Shown here: one piece after another, positions 1-10,400 of the stretch
Numbering within the stretch: position 1 is the stretch's first letter
Layout: every line of letters starts with the position of its first letter
The notes under the pieces: generated by a model
What the model saw: the letters and a program-made list of their open reading frames with translations, nothing else
Told to the model about the DNA's origin: nothing
The model's database searches: none
Position numbers and translations under genes: made by a program
Assembly: GCA_963782055.1 (NCBI GenBank)
Contig: CAWAIF010000003.1
Span: 4,352,001 to 4,416,000 of the forward strand
DNA: 64,000 nucleotides
Reading direction: 5' to 3'
From: an uncultured delta proteobacterium
Lineage (GTDB): Bacteria > Myxococcota_A > Polyangia > Polyangiales > Polyangiaceae

Positions 1-1034
1 TCGACGCCGGGCGCCTCCGGCGCGGGGGCCACGAGCTCCGCGCGGAGCCGGCGCAGCGGCAGGTCCAGCCGCGCGCGCCGGACGGCGTGGCGCAGCGCCG
101 CCCGCGACAGCAGGAGCTGCACCGCCAGGTAGTCGGCGAGGCGCGCGGGCGGAGCGTGCACCGGCACGCGGTCGGGGCGCGTCTCCATCTGGCGTACCAT
201 GCCCGCCCAGCCGCGGAGCCAGAGCGCCTCGGCGCGCAGGAAGGGCTCCCGCTCCGCCGGCGCGACGCCGAGATCGGCGAGGGAGGCCTCGAGCGAGGCG
301 AGGGCGTCCCGATCGCGGGCGAGGTCCTCGGCCACGAGGGCGACGAGGTCGGCGGCCCACGGACCGATCGCGCGCGCGCCGCCGCCCCCGTACAGCTGCA
401 AGAAGCAGCCGTGGAGGCCGCGCTCGCGCCCGGGCATCGGCCAGTGCGCGAAGCTCTGATCGAGGTACGCACCGACGAAGCGGATGAGCACCGGCCGGAC
501 CCACTCGTCCGGGTCGACGTTGCACGCGTCGACGAGCACGTCGCGATGGCGCGGCGACGGGCACGCGGGGGCGCGCGGGGCGAAGGCGGAGCGCGGGACG
601 GCCCGGACGCAGGCGCGGTGCAGCGCCTCGTGGCCCGCGAGCGCCGGCGTCTCGCCGACGAGCCAGGCGAGGGGCGCGCCGCGAGCCTCGCGGATCCCGT
701 GGACGAGCACGCGGCGCCAGAGATCCGCGCGGGGGACGACGCTGGCGACGACCTGCGCGCCCCGCGCCCCGAGCTCCGCCTCGAGCACCGCGTCGACGTC
801 GCGCTGGGCGATGCGGCCGCGCGCGAGGTCCGCGCGGTACGCGTCCTCCGCCAGAAACGGCTCGCAGCCGAGGCCCCGCGCGGCGTGCACGACGGCCTCC
901 TCGAAGGGCTCGTCCTCGAAGGCGTGGAGCGTGTTGTGGTGGACGAACACGCCGATCGGCCCCTGGGCGGGCAGGTAGTGCGCGACGCGCTCGACGGCGT
1001 CGGCGAGGTCCGCGTGAGACGGTCCAGGTGGCAT
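1..1034 (-). CDS. dabA: DUF2309 / DabA-like inorganic carbon transporter subunit (5' part; runs off window start)
   Basis: Not in the ORF track; manual minus-strand translation from ATG 1034 gives MPPGPSHADLADAVERVAHYLPAQGPIGVFVHHNTLHAFEDEPFEEAV, the characteristic DUF2309 N-terminal motif. Confidence 0.85.
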   Translation of the reverse strand, partial: MPPGPSHADLADAVERVAHYLPAQGPIGVFVHHNTLHAFEDEPFEEAVVHAARGLGCEPFLAEDAYRADLARGRIAQRDVDAVLEAELGARGAQVVASVVPRADLWRRVLVHGIREARGAPLAWLVGETPALAGHEALHRACVRAVPRSAFAPRAPACPSPRHRDVLVDACNVDPDEWVRPVLIRFVGAYLDQSFAHWPMPGRERGLHGCFLQLYGGGGARAIGPWAADLVALVAEDLARDRDALASLEASLADLGVAPAEREPFLRAEALWLRGWAGMVRQMETRPDRVPVHAPPARLADYLAVQLLLSRAALRHAVRRARLDLPLRRLRAELVAPAPEAPGV

Positions 1035-1136
1035 CGGGTGTGGCCGGGCGGGTTACTACACGATGTCGCCCCACCGCGCACGCTCCGATGCTCGCCGGAG
1101 CGCCGTGGCGCCGACGCCTTCGGCCGATTTCGCTTC

Positions 1137-2021
1137 TCAGCGGGGGTAGCAAGCCGGGTCGAGCAGCTCCGGGCGGTACTCGAAGTGCATGGTGTCGAAG
1201 TGGTACCAGCGGCCGCCCCAGATGAAGCCCTCCGCCTCGAAGGCGTCGACGATCGCCTGCGGGTAGCGGTTCTTCCATACCAGCGGCGCATCGTCGCGCG
1301 TCGTCTGGTTGCGCCAGTAGTCGGCCCGCCTGGTGTCCAGATCGATGGCGATGCCCCAGGCGTGCATGCTCAGCGTGTCGGTGCCGGCGATCTTGCGCCA
1401 GTTGAAGGTCCCGCCGGGCGACTGGAAGAAGCGGGCGAGGGAGGGATCGCGCTTCATCGCCGCCGCGACGCGCGCGGCCACGCGGCGCAGCGGCGCGGCG
1501 ACCTTGCGGTGAACGCGGAAGACCCTGCCGCCCACGCGGACCGACACCAGGGAGGCGGCCACCTCCTTCGCGCTCTTGCCGTACGTCGCGGACATGAGCG
1601 GGTCGATGCGGACGCGGCCGGGATCGAAGTCCACCTGCGTGATGGGGCGGATGGGGCCGTGCGGGTAGCGGAGCTCGTAGACGTCCTTCACGTCGGGCGA
1701 GACGAAGCGCTGGTAGGCGTCCTTCGCTTGCCCGTCGTCGTAGGGGATGGCAGGCCCGTCGGGCAGCACCAGCGACCAGCCGCCCGCGTCGTGGCGGGCG
1801 GTCGCGTCGTAGTAGCGGGTGAGGCACGCGAGGGGCGCGGGCACCGCCGGTGGCGTCGTCGCGATGACCGGCGGCGACGTGGGAACGACGGCCGGCGCGG
1901 GCGCCGCGGTCACGGCGGCGACGGCCACGGGGACGCGCGCCGGCCGGGGCGGCTGCGCGGGCTGCGTCGTGCAGGCGGCGAGGCTCAGCGCCGCCGCGAG
2001 GGGACGAGCTCGCCGGACCAT
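1137..2021 (-). CDS. M15 family metallopeptidase (D-Ala-D-Ala carboxypeptidase-like), lipoprotein
   Basis: SMHAWGIAIDL and WGGRWYHFDTMHFEYRPEL motifs; lipobox LAAC after MVRRARP start. Confidence 0.85.
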   Translation of the reverse strand: MVRRARPLAAALSLAACTTQPAQPPRPARVPVAVAAVTAAPAPAVVPTSPPVIATTPPAVPAPLACLTRYYDATARHDAGGWSLVLPDGPAIPYDDGQAKDAYQRFVSPDVKDVYELRYPHGPIRPITQVDFDPGRVRIDPLMSATYGKSAKEVAASLVSVRVGGRVFRVHRKVAAPLRRVAARVAAAMKRDPSLARFFQSPGGTFNWRKIAGTDTLSMHAWGIAIDLDTRRADYWRNQTTRDDAPLVWKNRYPQAIVDAFEAEGFIWGGRWYHFDTMHFEYRPELLDPACYPR

Positions 2022-2056
2022 ACCCGAGCTTACGCCCCGCGGGCCCCGAGTGCCCC

Positions 2057-2506
2057 TCAGCGGAAGCTCAGAAAGCGCCCCAGATCCTCGTTCAGCCCTT
2101 GCATGAACTCGGTGCCGTCGAAGCCGACCTTCATCTGACCCTTCGCCAGCAGGCCGAAGGCGAACTGGCCGAACGAGGTGGCCCCCAGGCCGAACTGCGC
2201 GACCACCGCGATGAGGCCGATGGAGAACTGCCCCACGGACACCAGGCCCACCGTGAGCTGGCCGCTCGCGAAGAAGAGACCGCCGCCGTATATCCCGAAC
2301 TCCACGATGCCGAAGCCGGCGCCCAGCGCCAGAACCCCGATGCCACCGAAGGCGAGCCACGACGGGTCCGGGGGCTTCTCGAAGCCGGAGCTCACCGCCC
2401 GCATCCCGAGCACGCGGACGTCCCCGGCGCCCATGCCCCACACCTCGAGTCCGAGGAGGATGGACACCGCGAGCATGATTCCGCATACGATCCCGAGCTG
2501 CTTCAT
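2057..2506 (-). CDS. Small Gly-rich membrane protein, unknown function
   Basis: Hydrophobic ORF with repeated GQFxxG-type motifs. Confidence 0.6.
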   Translation of the reverse strand: MKQLGIVCGIMLAVSILLGLEVWGMGAGDVRVLGMRAVSSGFEKPPDPSWLAFGGIGVLALGAGFGIVEFGIYGGGLFFASGQLTVGLVSVGQFSIGLIAVVAQFGLGATSFGQFAFGLLAKGQMKVGFDGTEFMQGLNEDLGRFLSFR

Positions 2507-2511
2507 CCGCC

Positions 2512-3441
2512 GTGAGAGTACCGATGGATCCCGGCCCGCACCACAAAGTCTTCCTGCTGCAGGCGGAGCTGCGCGGCAGCCGCGCCGTCGCCATGGAGCG
2601 CGTCGTGGCGCGCGCGCCAGGCGTGGGTACGTCGCTCGCGTGCGTCGCGCCGGGAGCGCGCGCGGTGGCGGTGCTCGGCGCGGCCCAGCGCTTCAAGGAG
2701 GGGCTGGGCAGGTTGCTCAAGCAGGCGGCGCGGCTGCTCTACGTCTCCCCTGCCCTGTTGATCCTCGCGCCCATCTCCAGGAGCGTCCACCCGTCCGCGC
2801 CGGCGTATCTGCTGGCCGCCTTCGTCATCGCGGTGGTGATCTTCTTCGCGCTCTTCGACCTGTTCCTGGTGGCGGCGATGATCGCGTGGGCGCGGCGCAA
2901 CCGCGGCACGCACGTCTCCATCAAGCGCCCGCAGCTCAGCGACTCCGCGGGGACGCCCACGACCGTGGCGCCCGGCATGATGCACCGGCTGGTCCGGTGC
3001 GTGGGGCGCGCCACGCTGCTCTCCACCGGGTCGGGGCCGATCCTGCGCGCCGCGGCGTGGAGCTCCGGGCCGCCCATGGAGCTCGTCGAGTGCTCCACCT
3101 TCGCCGTCGTTCTGGATGAGGGCACGCCGGTGGTGGTGCAGCACCTCCACACGCCAGAGGTGATCTTCCCGCCCGACCCGGCGGCGGCGCCGGAGCCGTC
3201 CAGCCTCGCGCTGGCCGGGCGCGACGACGTGCCGGAGGCCTCCGTGGTGATCCGCGAGGGGGACCGCGTCGAAGTGCAGGGCGTGGTGGGCGCGTTTTTG
3301 GAGAACACCGCGCACTTCGACGTCGACGGCGTCACCTCCGGCGTCCCGCGGCCGGGCGGCGACGACGACGACCCTTACCGCGGCGGGCCGGGCGTGCCGG
3401 GGCTGCTGCTGACCGACGCCGTGGTGATCCGCAAGGTGTGA
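2512..3441 (+). CDS. Hypothetical membrane protein
   Basis: Two hydrophobic segments; GC-rich third codon positions; start uncertain. Confidence 0.55.
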   Translation: MRVPMDPGPHHKVFLLQAELRGSRAVAMERVVARAPGVGTSLACVAPGARAVAVLGAAQRFKEGLGRLLKQAARLLYVSPALLILAPISRSVHPSAPAYLLAAFVIAVVIFFALFDLFLVAAMIAWARRNRGTHVSIKRPQLSDSAGTPTTVAPGMMHRLVRCVGRATLLSTGSGPILRAAAWSSGPPMELVECSTFAVVLDEGTPVVVQHLHTPEVIFPPDPAAAPEPSSLALAGRDDVPEASVVIREGDRVEVQGVVGAFLENTAHFDVDGVTSGVPRPGGDDDDPYRGGPGVPGLLLTDAVVIRKV

Positions 3442-3538
3442 CGCCACGGCGCCCGTCGCCCCACGAGGAGGTTACACTCGGATACCAGCCTCGTGGCCGT
3501 CCTCGGCTCGCGCGCTGGACACTGGCAGAGGCCCGCTC

Positions 3539-6500
3539 TTGAACACGCATCCTCTCTCCGATCGATTCCAGGTGGAGGCCCCTGCCGGGAGCGGGGGCAT
3601 GGGGAGCATCTACCGCGCGCGCGACGCGCAGACGGGCGAGCTCGTCGCGCTCAAGGTGCTGCACGAGCAGATGGCGATCCACGCCGAGCGCTTCGAGCGA
3701 GAGGCGCTCGCCCTGCGCTCGCTCGACCACCCGGGCATCGTCCGGTACGTCACGCACGGCGCGCTGCCCAGCGGCGCCACGTACGTGGCGATGGAGTGGG
3801 TGGAGGGCGAGACACTCTCGGCGCGGCTGCGGCGCGGCCCGCTCGCCGTCGCCGAGGTCGTGCGCCTGGGGCAACGGCTGGCCGACGCGCTGGGCCACGC
3901 GCACGCGCGCGGCATCGTGCACCGCGACGTGAAGCCCTCCAACGTGCTGCTGGAGGATGGCGACGTCGACCGCCCGCGCCTGGTCGACTTCGGCGTGGCG
4001 TGGGCTCCGTCGTGGCAGACGCTCACGCGCGCCGGCTTCCTGATCGGCACGCCCGGTTACCTCGCCCCGGAGCAGGCGCGCACCGGCGATCCCATCGACG
4101 GTCGCACCGACCTGTTCGCGCTGGGGTGCGTGCTCTACCACGCGCTGGTGCGCCGCCCCGCGTTCCGTGGCGAGAACCTCGCCGCGGTGCTGGCCAAGAC
4201 GCTCTTCGAGGAGCCACCGCCCCCCGCCGAGCTGGTGGCGGAGCTGCCGCGTGCCCTGGACGCGCTCGTCATGAGGCTTCTGGCGAAGGACCGCGACGCG
4301 AGGCCCGCCGACGCGGCGGAGGTCGCCGCGGAGCTGCGCCGCATCGAGGGCCGCCTCGACGCCAGACCCTCCAACATCCCGGCGCCGCCCTCGCTGACTC
4401 GTCGCGAGCGGCGCATCGCCAGCGTCATCGTCGTCGGCGCGCCGGCCGACGACTCACGCACGCTCACGCTCGACACCATCCCCGGGCAGACGCCGCTGCC
4501 CACGCTGGAGCCCATCCGGGCGGCCGCCGCGCCGTTCGGTGGACGCGTGGAGCGCCTCGCCGACGGGACGCTTGCGGTCACGCTGGAGGGGCGGATGGCG
4601 ACCGATCAGGCGGCGCAGGCGGCGCGCTGCGCGCTCGCGCTGCGGAGCGTGCTGCCCGAAGCGCCCATCGCGCTGGCGACCGGACACGCCCTCGCCGGCG
4701 CCCGGGCCCCGGTCGGCGAGGCGATCGACAGGGCGGTGCTCGCGCTCGGCGGCGCCCCCCACGTCATGCCGGCCGTCGCCGTGGACGACGTGACCGCCGG
4801 GTTGCTCGACGCGCGCTTCCAGGTCGAAGCGAGCGCCGGACCCATGGCCCTCCGCGCGGAGCGCGGCACCGACGGCGCGCGCCGGCTGCTCGGCCGCCCC
4901 AGCCCCTTCGTCGGGCGCGAGCGCGAGGTCGGCACGCTGCTCGGCCTCTGGGACGAGTGCGCGTCCGAGCCCGCCGCGCGCGTCGCCCTGGTCACGGGCT
5001 TGCCCGGGATGGGCAAGTCGCGCCTGCGCCACGAGCTGGTGGGCGCGATCCGCAGCCGCGACGCGGCCGCCCGCGTGTGGATGGCGCGCGGCGACCCGAT
5101 GACGCAGGGCTCGCCGCACGGTCTGGTGGCGCAGCTGGTCCGTGCCGAGGCCGGCGTCGCGGAGGGTGAGGGGCTGGAGGCCGCGCGGCGGAAGCTGCGC
5201 GCGCGCGTGCGGCGACACGTGGCGGACGCCGACGCCCCGCGCATCACCGAGTTTCTGGGAGAGCTCGCCGGCGTGCCCTTCCCCGACGAGGAGAGCGTGC
5301 GGCTGCGCGCCGCCCGCCGCGACAAGCAGCTCGTCGCCGACCAGGTGGGCCGCGCCTTCGAGGACCTCCTGCTCGCGGAGGCGGACGCCGGCCCGGTCGT
5401 GATCGTGCTGGAGGATCTGCACTGGGGAGACGCGCCCTCCATCCGGCTCGTCACCAGCGCGCTGCGCGAGTGCCGCGACAAGCCGCTATTCGTGCTGGCG
5501 CTCGCCCGGCCGGAGGTACAGCAGACCTTCCCTTCCCTCTTCGCCAGCCGCCCGCTCACCACCCTCGCCCTCGCCGAGCTGGGCCGCCGCGCCTCCGAGC
5601 GGCTGGTGCGCGCCTCGCTCGGCGCCAACACCAGCGAGACGCTCGTCTCCCGCCTCGTGGCGCAGGCCGACGGCAACGCCTTCTACCTGGAGGAGCTGAT
5701 CCGCGCCGCGGCCGACGGCAAGGGGGACGCCCCGCCCACCGTGCTGGCGATGGTGCAGGCGCGCCTGGAGCGGCTGGACGACGACGCGCGTGCGGCGCTG
5801 CGCGCGGCGAGCGTGTTCGGGGAGTCCTTCTGGCGTGGCGGGGTGGCGGCGCTGATCGGCCTGGGCGCGGAGGCGACGGACCACGCGCTGCGCGTGCTCG
5901 AGCAGGAGGAGCTGGTGGTGGGCCGCGCGCAGTCGCGCGTCGCCGGCGACACCGAGCTCGCCTTTCGCCACGCCTTCGTCCGCGACGCCGCCTACTCGAT
6001 GCTCACACCCGACGATCGAGAGCTCGGCCACCGGCTGGCCGCCGGGTGGCTCGAGGGCGTGGGCGAGCGCGACGCGCGCGTCCTCGCCGACCACTTCGAG
6101 CGAGGCGGCAACCGCGGCCGCGCCGCCGCGCTCTTCGCCGCGGCAGCCGAACGCTCGCTCGCCGCACACGATCACACCGGCGCCCTCGACTGCGCGGAGC
6201 GCGGCCTCTCGTGCGGCGCCGCGGGCGAGGCGCGCGGCGTGCTGCTGGCGAGCGCCGCGGAGGCCCACAACTGGCGGGGGGAGTACGCCCTCGGCATCGC
6301 CCGGGCGCGCGAGGCGATCTCCCTGCTGCCGGAGGCGAGCACCCGCTGGTACCGCGGCATGGCCGAGCTCGGCGTGAGCCTCAGCAGGTCCGGCGAGCGC
6401 GACGCGATCGCCGAGCTGTGCGACGAGCTGATGCGCCCGCCACCCGGCGCCGAGGTGGTCCTGGACGCCATCACGGCGGTCGCGCGCATCGCGCCCAACG

Positions 6501-7399
6501 CGCTGCGACTGGGCCTGGCCGGTCGCGTCAAGGCGATCGCGGCCTGGATCGATCGCCTCGCGCCGGAGGGCGTCCGCGACCCGCACGTCGCCGGCCACGT
6601 GCTGCACATGCAGGGCACGCGGGCCTTCTTCTCCGGCGACCCCGAGGGCGCGGCGGGCGCGGCCCTCGCCGCCGGAGAGCAGTTCTTGCTCGCCGGCGAT
6701 CTGCGCAGCGGCACCATCCAGCGCTTCAACGTCTCGGCGAGCTACCTGGAGATCGGGCTGGGGGACGAGGGGCGCCCCTTGCTGGAGGAAGCGATGCGCG
6801 ATGCGGCACGGCTGGACATGGGCCACACCGTGCGCCTGGCGCAGTTCAACGTGACGGTCATGCACACCCGCGGTGGGCGCCTCGCGGAGGCCCGCGCCGC
6901 CGGCCGGGCGCTGGCCGAGGAGTGCCGCAAGAGCGACGCGAAGCACTTCGGCGCGATGGCGCTCGGCTACCTCGGCTACGTCGAGCTGCTCGACGGTCAC
7001 CTCGACGAGGCGGAAGCCTGTGCGCGCGAGGCCCTCGTCGCGCTCGACGGGACGCCGCTGGTGGTGGCGCCCCTGGCGGTGCTCGCGCAGGCTTCCCTCG
7101 AACGGGGACGTGTGGACGAGGCGCGCGCGCATGCCTCCCGCGCGATGGAGGTCATCCGTGCGTCGCCCGACGCCATCGAGGAGGGCGAGATGTTGCCGAG
7201 GATGTTCGCGCGGGCGACGTGGATCGAGGCGCGCGAGCGCTCCGGGGATCACGCCGGCGCGACCGCCGCCGCCGGCGAGGCGGCCGAGCTACTGCGCGCG
7301 CGGGCAGGGCGCCTGAAAGAGCCGCGCCACCGGCGCGCGTTCGAGGCCATCCGTGAGCACGCCCGCGTCCTCGCGCTCGTGCGGCGGCTCTCACCCTGA
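3539..7399 (+). CDS. Ser/Thr protein kinase fused to AAA/STAND ATPase and TPR-like helical C-terminus
   Basis: GSGGMG, VALK, HRDVKPSN, DFG, GTPGYLAPE; Walker A GLPGMGKS; Walker B LEDLHWGD; GNAFYLEEL. Confidence 0.9.
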   Translation: MNTHPLSDRFQVEAPAGSGGMGSIYRARDAQTGELVALKVLHEQMAIHAERFEREALALRSLDHPGIVRYVTHGALPSGATYVAMEWVEGETLSARLRRGPLAVAEVVRLGQRLADALGHAHARGIVHRDVKPSNVLLEDGDVDRPRLVDFGVAWAPSWQTLTRAGFLIGTPGYLAPEQARTGDPIDGRTDLFALGCVLYHALVRRPAFRGENLAAVLAKTLFEEPPPPAELVAELPRALDALVMRLLAKDRDARPADAAEVAAELRRIEGRLDARPSNIPAPPSLTRRERRIASVIVVGAPADDSRTLTLDTIPGQTPLPTLEPIRAAAAPFGGRVERLADGTLAVTLEGRMATDQAAQAARCALALRSVLPEAPIALATGHALAGARAPVGEAIDRAVLALGGAPHVMPAVAVDDVTAGLLDARFQVEASAGPMALRAERGTDGARRLLGRPSPFVGREREVGTLLGLWDECASEPAARVALVTGLPGMGKSRLRHELVGAIRSRDAAARVWMARGDPMTQGSPHGLVAQLVRAEAGVAEGEGLEAARRKLRARVRRHVADADAPRITEFLGELAGVPFPDEESVRLRAARRDKQLVADQVGRAFEDLLLAEADAGPVVIVLEDLHWGDAPSIRLVTSALRECRDKPLFVLALARPEVQQTFPSLFASRPLTTLALAELGRRASERLVRASLGANTSETLVSRLVAQADGNAFYLEELIRAAADGKGDAPPTVLAMVQARLERLDDDARAALRAASVFGESFWRGGVAALIGLGAEATDHALRVLEQEELVVGRAQSRVAGDTELAFRHAFVRDAAYSMLTPDDRELGHRLAAGWLEGVGERDARVLADHFERGGNRGRAAALFAAAAERSLAAHDHTGALDCAERGLSCGAAGEARGVLLASAAEAHNWRGEYALGIARAREAISLLPEASTRWYRGMAELGVSLSRSGERDAIAELCDELMRPPPGAEVVLDAITAVARIAPNALRLGLAGRVKAIAAWIDRLAPEGVRDPHVAGHVLHMQGTRAFFSGDPEGAAGAALAAGEQFLLAGDLRSGTIQRFNVSASYLEIGLGDEGRPLLEEAMRDAARLDMGHTVRLAQFNVTVMHTRGGRLAEARAAGRALAEECRKSDAKHFGAMALGYLGYVELLDGHLDEAEACAREALVALDGTPLVVAPLAVLAQASLERGRVDEARAHASRAMEVIRASPDAIEEGEMLPRMFARATWIEARERSGDHAGATAAAGEAAELLRARAGRLKEPRHRRAFEAIREHARVLALVRRLSP

Positions 7400-7428
7400 C
7401 CGGGCCCGGGAGTTGTTACACTGATCGC

Positions 7429-9576
7429 GTGCGCGAGGTGTCCTGCAAGGCGACGCGGATGATCCTGGAGGCGCTCGACGAGGCGGGCGTCGCCACCGAT
7501 GGCCTGACCGACGGCCTGCCGATCTCGCCGGAAGAGCTGCGCGATCCGCGCGCGCGCGTCGACTGGGACGTCTTCGTGGACGTCCTGGCGCGCGTCGAGG
7601 AGCGCTGCGGCGAGGCGCTGCCGCCGGAGGAGATCGGCGCGCGCATCGTGAAGGTGCCCTCCTTCGACCTGTTGCGCCGCACCGGCCGGCTCGTCATCAG
7701 CCCGCCCCAGCTCTACGAAGTGGCGGCGCGGCTGCTGGCGCCTGCCCTCTTTCCGAACGTCGTGGTCAAGCTGGAGTGGCTTCGGTCGGGGCGGCTCGTC
7801 GTCTCCGCCGACCTCCTCCCCGGGTACCGCGAGTCGGTCACCTTCTTCCGCCTCTGCCACGGCAACGTCGCCGCGACGCCGCGGCTGCTCGACCTGCCGA
7901 GCTCCGTGATCGAGGAGCAGACCTTCAGCGGACGCCACGGGCGGCTGGTGCTGCTGCCGCCGGCCTCGCACACGCTGGCCGTCCGTCTCGCGCGCGGCGT
8001 GCGCGCGGTGGCCGCGCTGCCGGCGGCCTGGCGCGGGGTCGCGCGGCAGCAGCGCGAGCTGGAGGCGAGCCTGGCCGCGCTGCGCACGTCGCGTCACGAG
8101 CTGCAGCAGCTCGTGGAGCGGCTCCCCGACGGCGTGCTCATCCATCGCGGCGGCGTCGTGCTCTGGGCGAACGCCGTGCTCGTCGAGGTGCTCGGCGGCC
8201 GGTGCCTGCAGGACGTGGTGGGCCGCCACGTCATGGACTTCGTCCCCCCGGACGATCGCGCCCCGCTCGCCGAGGCGATGGGGCGCGCCGCGCCCAACGA
8301 GATCGCCGCGGGTCGACTGGAGTACCGCGTGCTGCGGCCGGACGGCACGGTGAGGCGCCTGCAGGCGGGGACGGCGCAGGTCGTCGACTACCAGGGCGAG
8401 ACGGCGCGCCTCGTCGTGCTGCGCGACGTGACCGAGCACCACAGGCTGCGCGAGCAGGCCGCCATCTCCGACAGGCTCGCCTCCATAGGCGCGCTGGCTG
8501 CGGGCGTCGCGCACGAGATCAACAACCCGCTCGCGTACGTGCGACTCAGCCTGGAGAACGCATCCCGGCAGGCCCGTGCGGCGGGCGCGCCGAGCCCCGA
8601 GCTCGAGGACTCGCTCGTCCTCGCGAGGGAGGGGACCGACCGTGTCATCGGCATCGTGCGCGATCTCAAGATGCTCTCGCGCGTGCAGGACGAGCCGAAC
8701 GAGGCGGTCGACGTGGCCGCCGTGCTCGAGTCGACCCTGGCGCTGGCCGAGCGCACCTTCGCCACCAGGGCCCGGGTGATGCGGAGCTACGGCCCCACGC
8801 CGCCGGTGCTCGCCACGCGCGGCAAGCTGGGGCAGGTGTTCCTCAATCTGCTCTCCAACGCCGCCGACGCCATCCCGGAGGGCGCGCCGGAGTCGGAGAC
8901 GATCCACGTCGTGACGCGGACCGACGAGCGGGGGCGCGCCGTGGTGGAGATCTCCGACACCGGGACCGGCATCCCGGCCGAGGTCGCGCACCGCGTGTTC
9001 GATGCCTTCTTCACGACCAAGCCGGTGGGCGTGGGCACCGGCCTGGGGCTGGCGATGTGCCATCGGATGGTGACCGAGCTGGGCGGCGAGATCGACTTCC
9101 AGTCATCGCACGCCGGCACCACCTTCCGCGTGGCGCTCTCCCCGGCCGAGGCGCGACCGGCGGCAGGCCGCCCGCCCGCAGAGCCCGCGTCCGCCGGCAA
9201 GCACCGCGGGCGCGTGCTGGTGGTGGACGACGAGCCTGCGCTTCTCGGGTCGCTGGTGCGCCTGGTGTCCGACGCGCACGACGTGGTGGGCGCGGCGAGC
9301 GGCCGCCAGGCACTCGACATCCTGAACGACGACAGCCGCTTCGACGTGGTGCTCGCCGACGTCATGATGTCCGAGCTGGACGGCATCCAGCTCTACGAGG
9401 CGGTCCGCGCGGGCCACCCCGGCCTGGAGCGGCGGTTCGTCTTCATGACGGGCGGCGCCTTCACCGAGAGCATGCAGCGCTTCCTCGCGACCGTGCCAAA
9501 CCGCTGTCTCGCCAAGCCGTTCCAGGGCGGCGAGCTGCTGGAGGCCCTGGACGCCGCGGTGGCGCAGCACGCGTGA
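7429..9576 (+). CDS. Hybrid sensor histidine kinase (N-terminal sensor, PAS, HisKA, HATPase, REC)
   Basis: AHEINNPL, QVFLNLLSNA, DTGTGI, FFTTKPVGVGTGLGL, VLVVDDE receiver. Confidence 0.92.
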   Translation: MREVSCKATRMILEALDEAGVATDGLTDGLPISPEELRDPRARVDWDVFVDVLARVEERCGEALPPEEIGARIVKVPSFDLLRRTGRLVISPPQLYEVAARLLAPALFPNVVVKLEWLRSGRLVVSADLLPGYRESVTFFRLCHGNVAATPRLLDLPSSVIEEQTFSGRHGRLVLLPPASHTLAVRLARGVRAVAALPAAWRGVARQQRELEASLAALRTSRHELQQLVERLPDGVLIHRGGVVLWANAVLVEVLGGRCLQDVVGRHVMDFVPPDDRAPLAEAMGRAAPNEIAAGRLEYRVLRPDGTVRRLQAGTAQVVDYQGETARLVVLRDVTEHHRLREQAAISDRLASIGALAAGVAHEINNPLAYVRLSLENASRQARAAGAPSPELEDSLVLAREGTDRVIGIVRDLKMLSRVQDEPNEAVDVAAVLESTLALAERTFATRARVMRSYGPTPPVLATRGKLGQVFLNLLSNAADAIPEGAPESETIHVVTRTDERGRAVVEISDTGTGIPAEVAHRVFDAFFTTKPVGVGTGLGLAMCHRMVTELGGEIDFQSSHAGTTFRVALSPAEARPAAGRPPAEPASAGKHRGRVLVVDDEPALLGSLVRLVSDAHDVVGAASGRQALDILNDDSRFDVVLADVMMSELDGIQLYEAVRAGHPGLERRFVFMTGGAFTESMQRFLATVPNRCLAKPFQGGELLEALDAAVAQHA

Positions 9577-9665
9577 CCGGACACCGCCGTCCCTGAGGCA
9601 GTCCTCGTGGCCCGCCTTCGCGGGAGGGCCGGCGGTCTGGTACGGCCCATGCGTGACTCCCCTGG

Positions 9666-10322
9666 ATGCCCAGCGCCGATGACATCCTCGCAGGACTCAC
9701 TCGCGCGGCGAACGACGGGCTCGCCGTCGCCGCGGCGTGGCACGTCGTCCTCGCCCTCGCCATCTTCGCCCTAGGCGCGAAGATTCGGCGCCCGACGGCT
9801 CGCTCCGCGGCCATCGCGACGGCGGCGCCGCTCGTGTCGGTGTCGGTGCTCGCCTGGCACGTGCACAACCCGTTCAACGCCGTCGTGTTCGCGGGCGCGA
9901 CGTTCGCGCTCGTCGCGCTCGGCTTGCGCGTCCCGACCCGCCCGCCGAGCTTCGGTCCTGGCTGGGCGGTCGCCCTCGGCACGGTGCTGCTGGTGCTCGG
10001 ATGGACCTACCCGCATTTTCTGCCGTCCCGACCCGCGTGGCTCTACGCCGTGGCCGCGCCGCTCGGCGTGGTGCCGTGCGCGACGCTTTGCGTGGTCCTC
10101 GGGGTCGCCCTGTGCATGGGCGCCTTCGGCTCGCGCGCGTGGGGACTGACGGCGGCCGGCGTGGGCCTCGTCTATGGCCTCTTCGGCGCGCTGTACCTGG
10201 GCGTGTGGCTCGACCTCGCCCTCGCCGGCGCGGCCGTGGCCCTCATCGTCCTGGAGGCTCGGCGTCATCCGCGACGGCACCGTGCTCACCCGAGCCACCT
10301 CGTCGAGGTGACGTCGAAGTAG
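9666..10322 (+). CDS. Multi-pass membrane protein
   Basis: About 7 hydrophobic segments; APLGVVPCATL motif. Confidence 0.7.
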   Translation: MPSADDILAGLTRAANDGLAVAAAWHVVLALAIFALGAKIRRPTARSAAIATAAPLVSVSVLAWHVHNPFNAVVFAGATFALVALGLRVPTRPPSFGPGWAVALGTVLLVLGWTYPHFLPSRPAWLYAVAAPLGVVPCATLCVVLGVALCMGAFGSRAWGLTAAGVGLVYGLFGALYLGVWLDLALAGAAVALIVLEARRHPRRHRAHPSHLVEVTSK

Positions 10323-10400
10323 GTCACCACTCCACCGCGAAGCCGGGCCCCGAGGACGGCGGCTCACGCGGCGGAGTCGGCCCCAAGACGACCGCCGGCG

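Noticed and set aside
87..2138. 683-aa plus-strand ORF
   Set aside because: Antisense shadow of dabA and the M15 peptidase; typical of high-GC DNA
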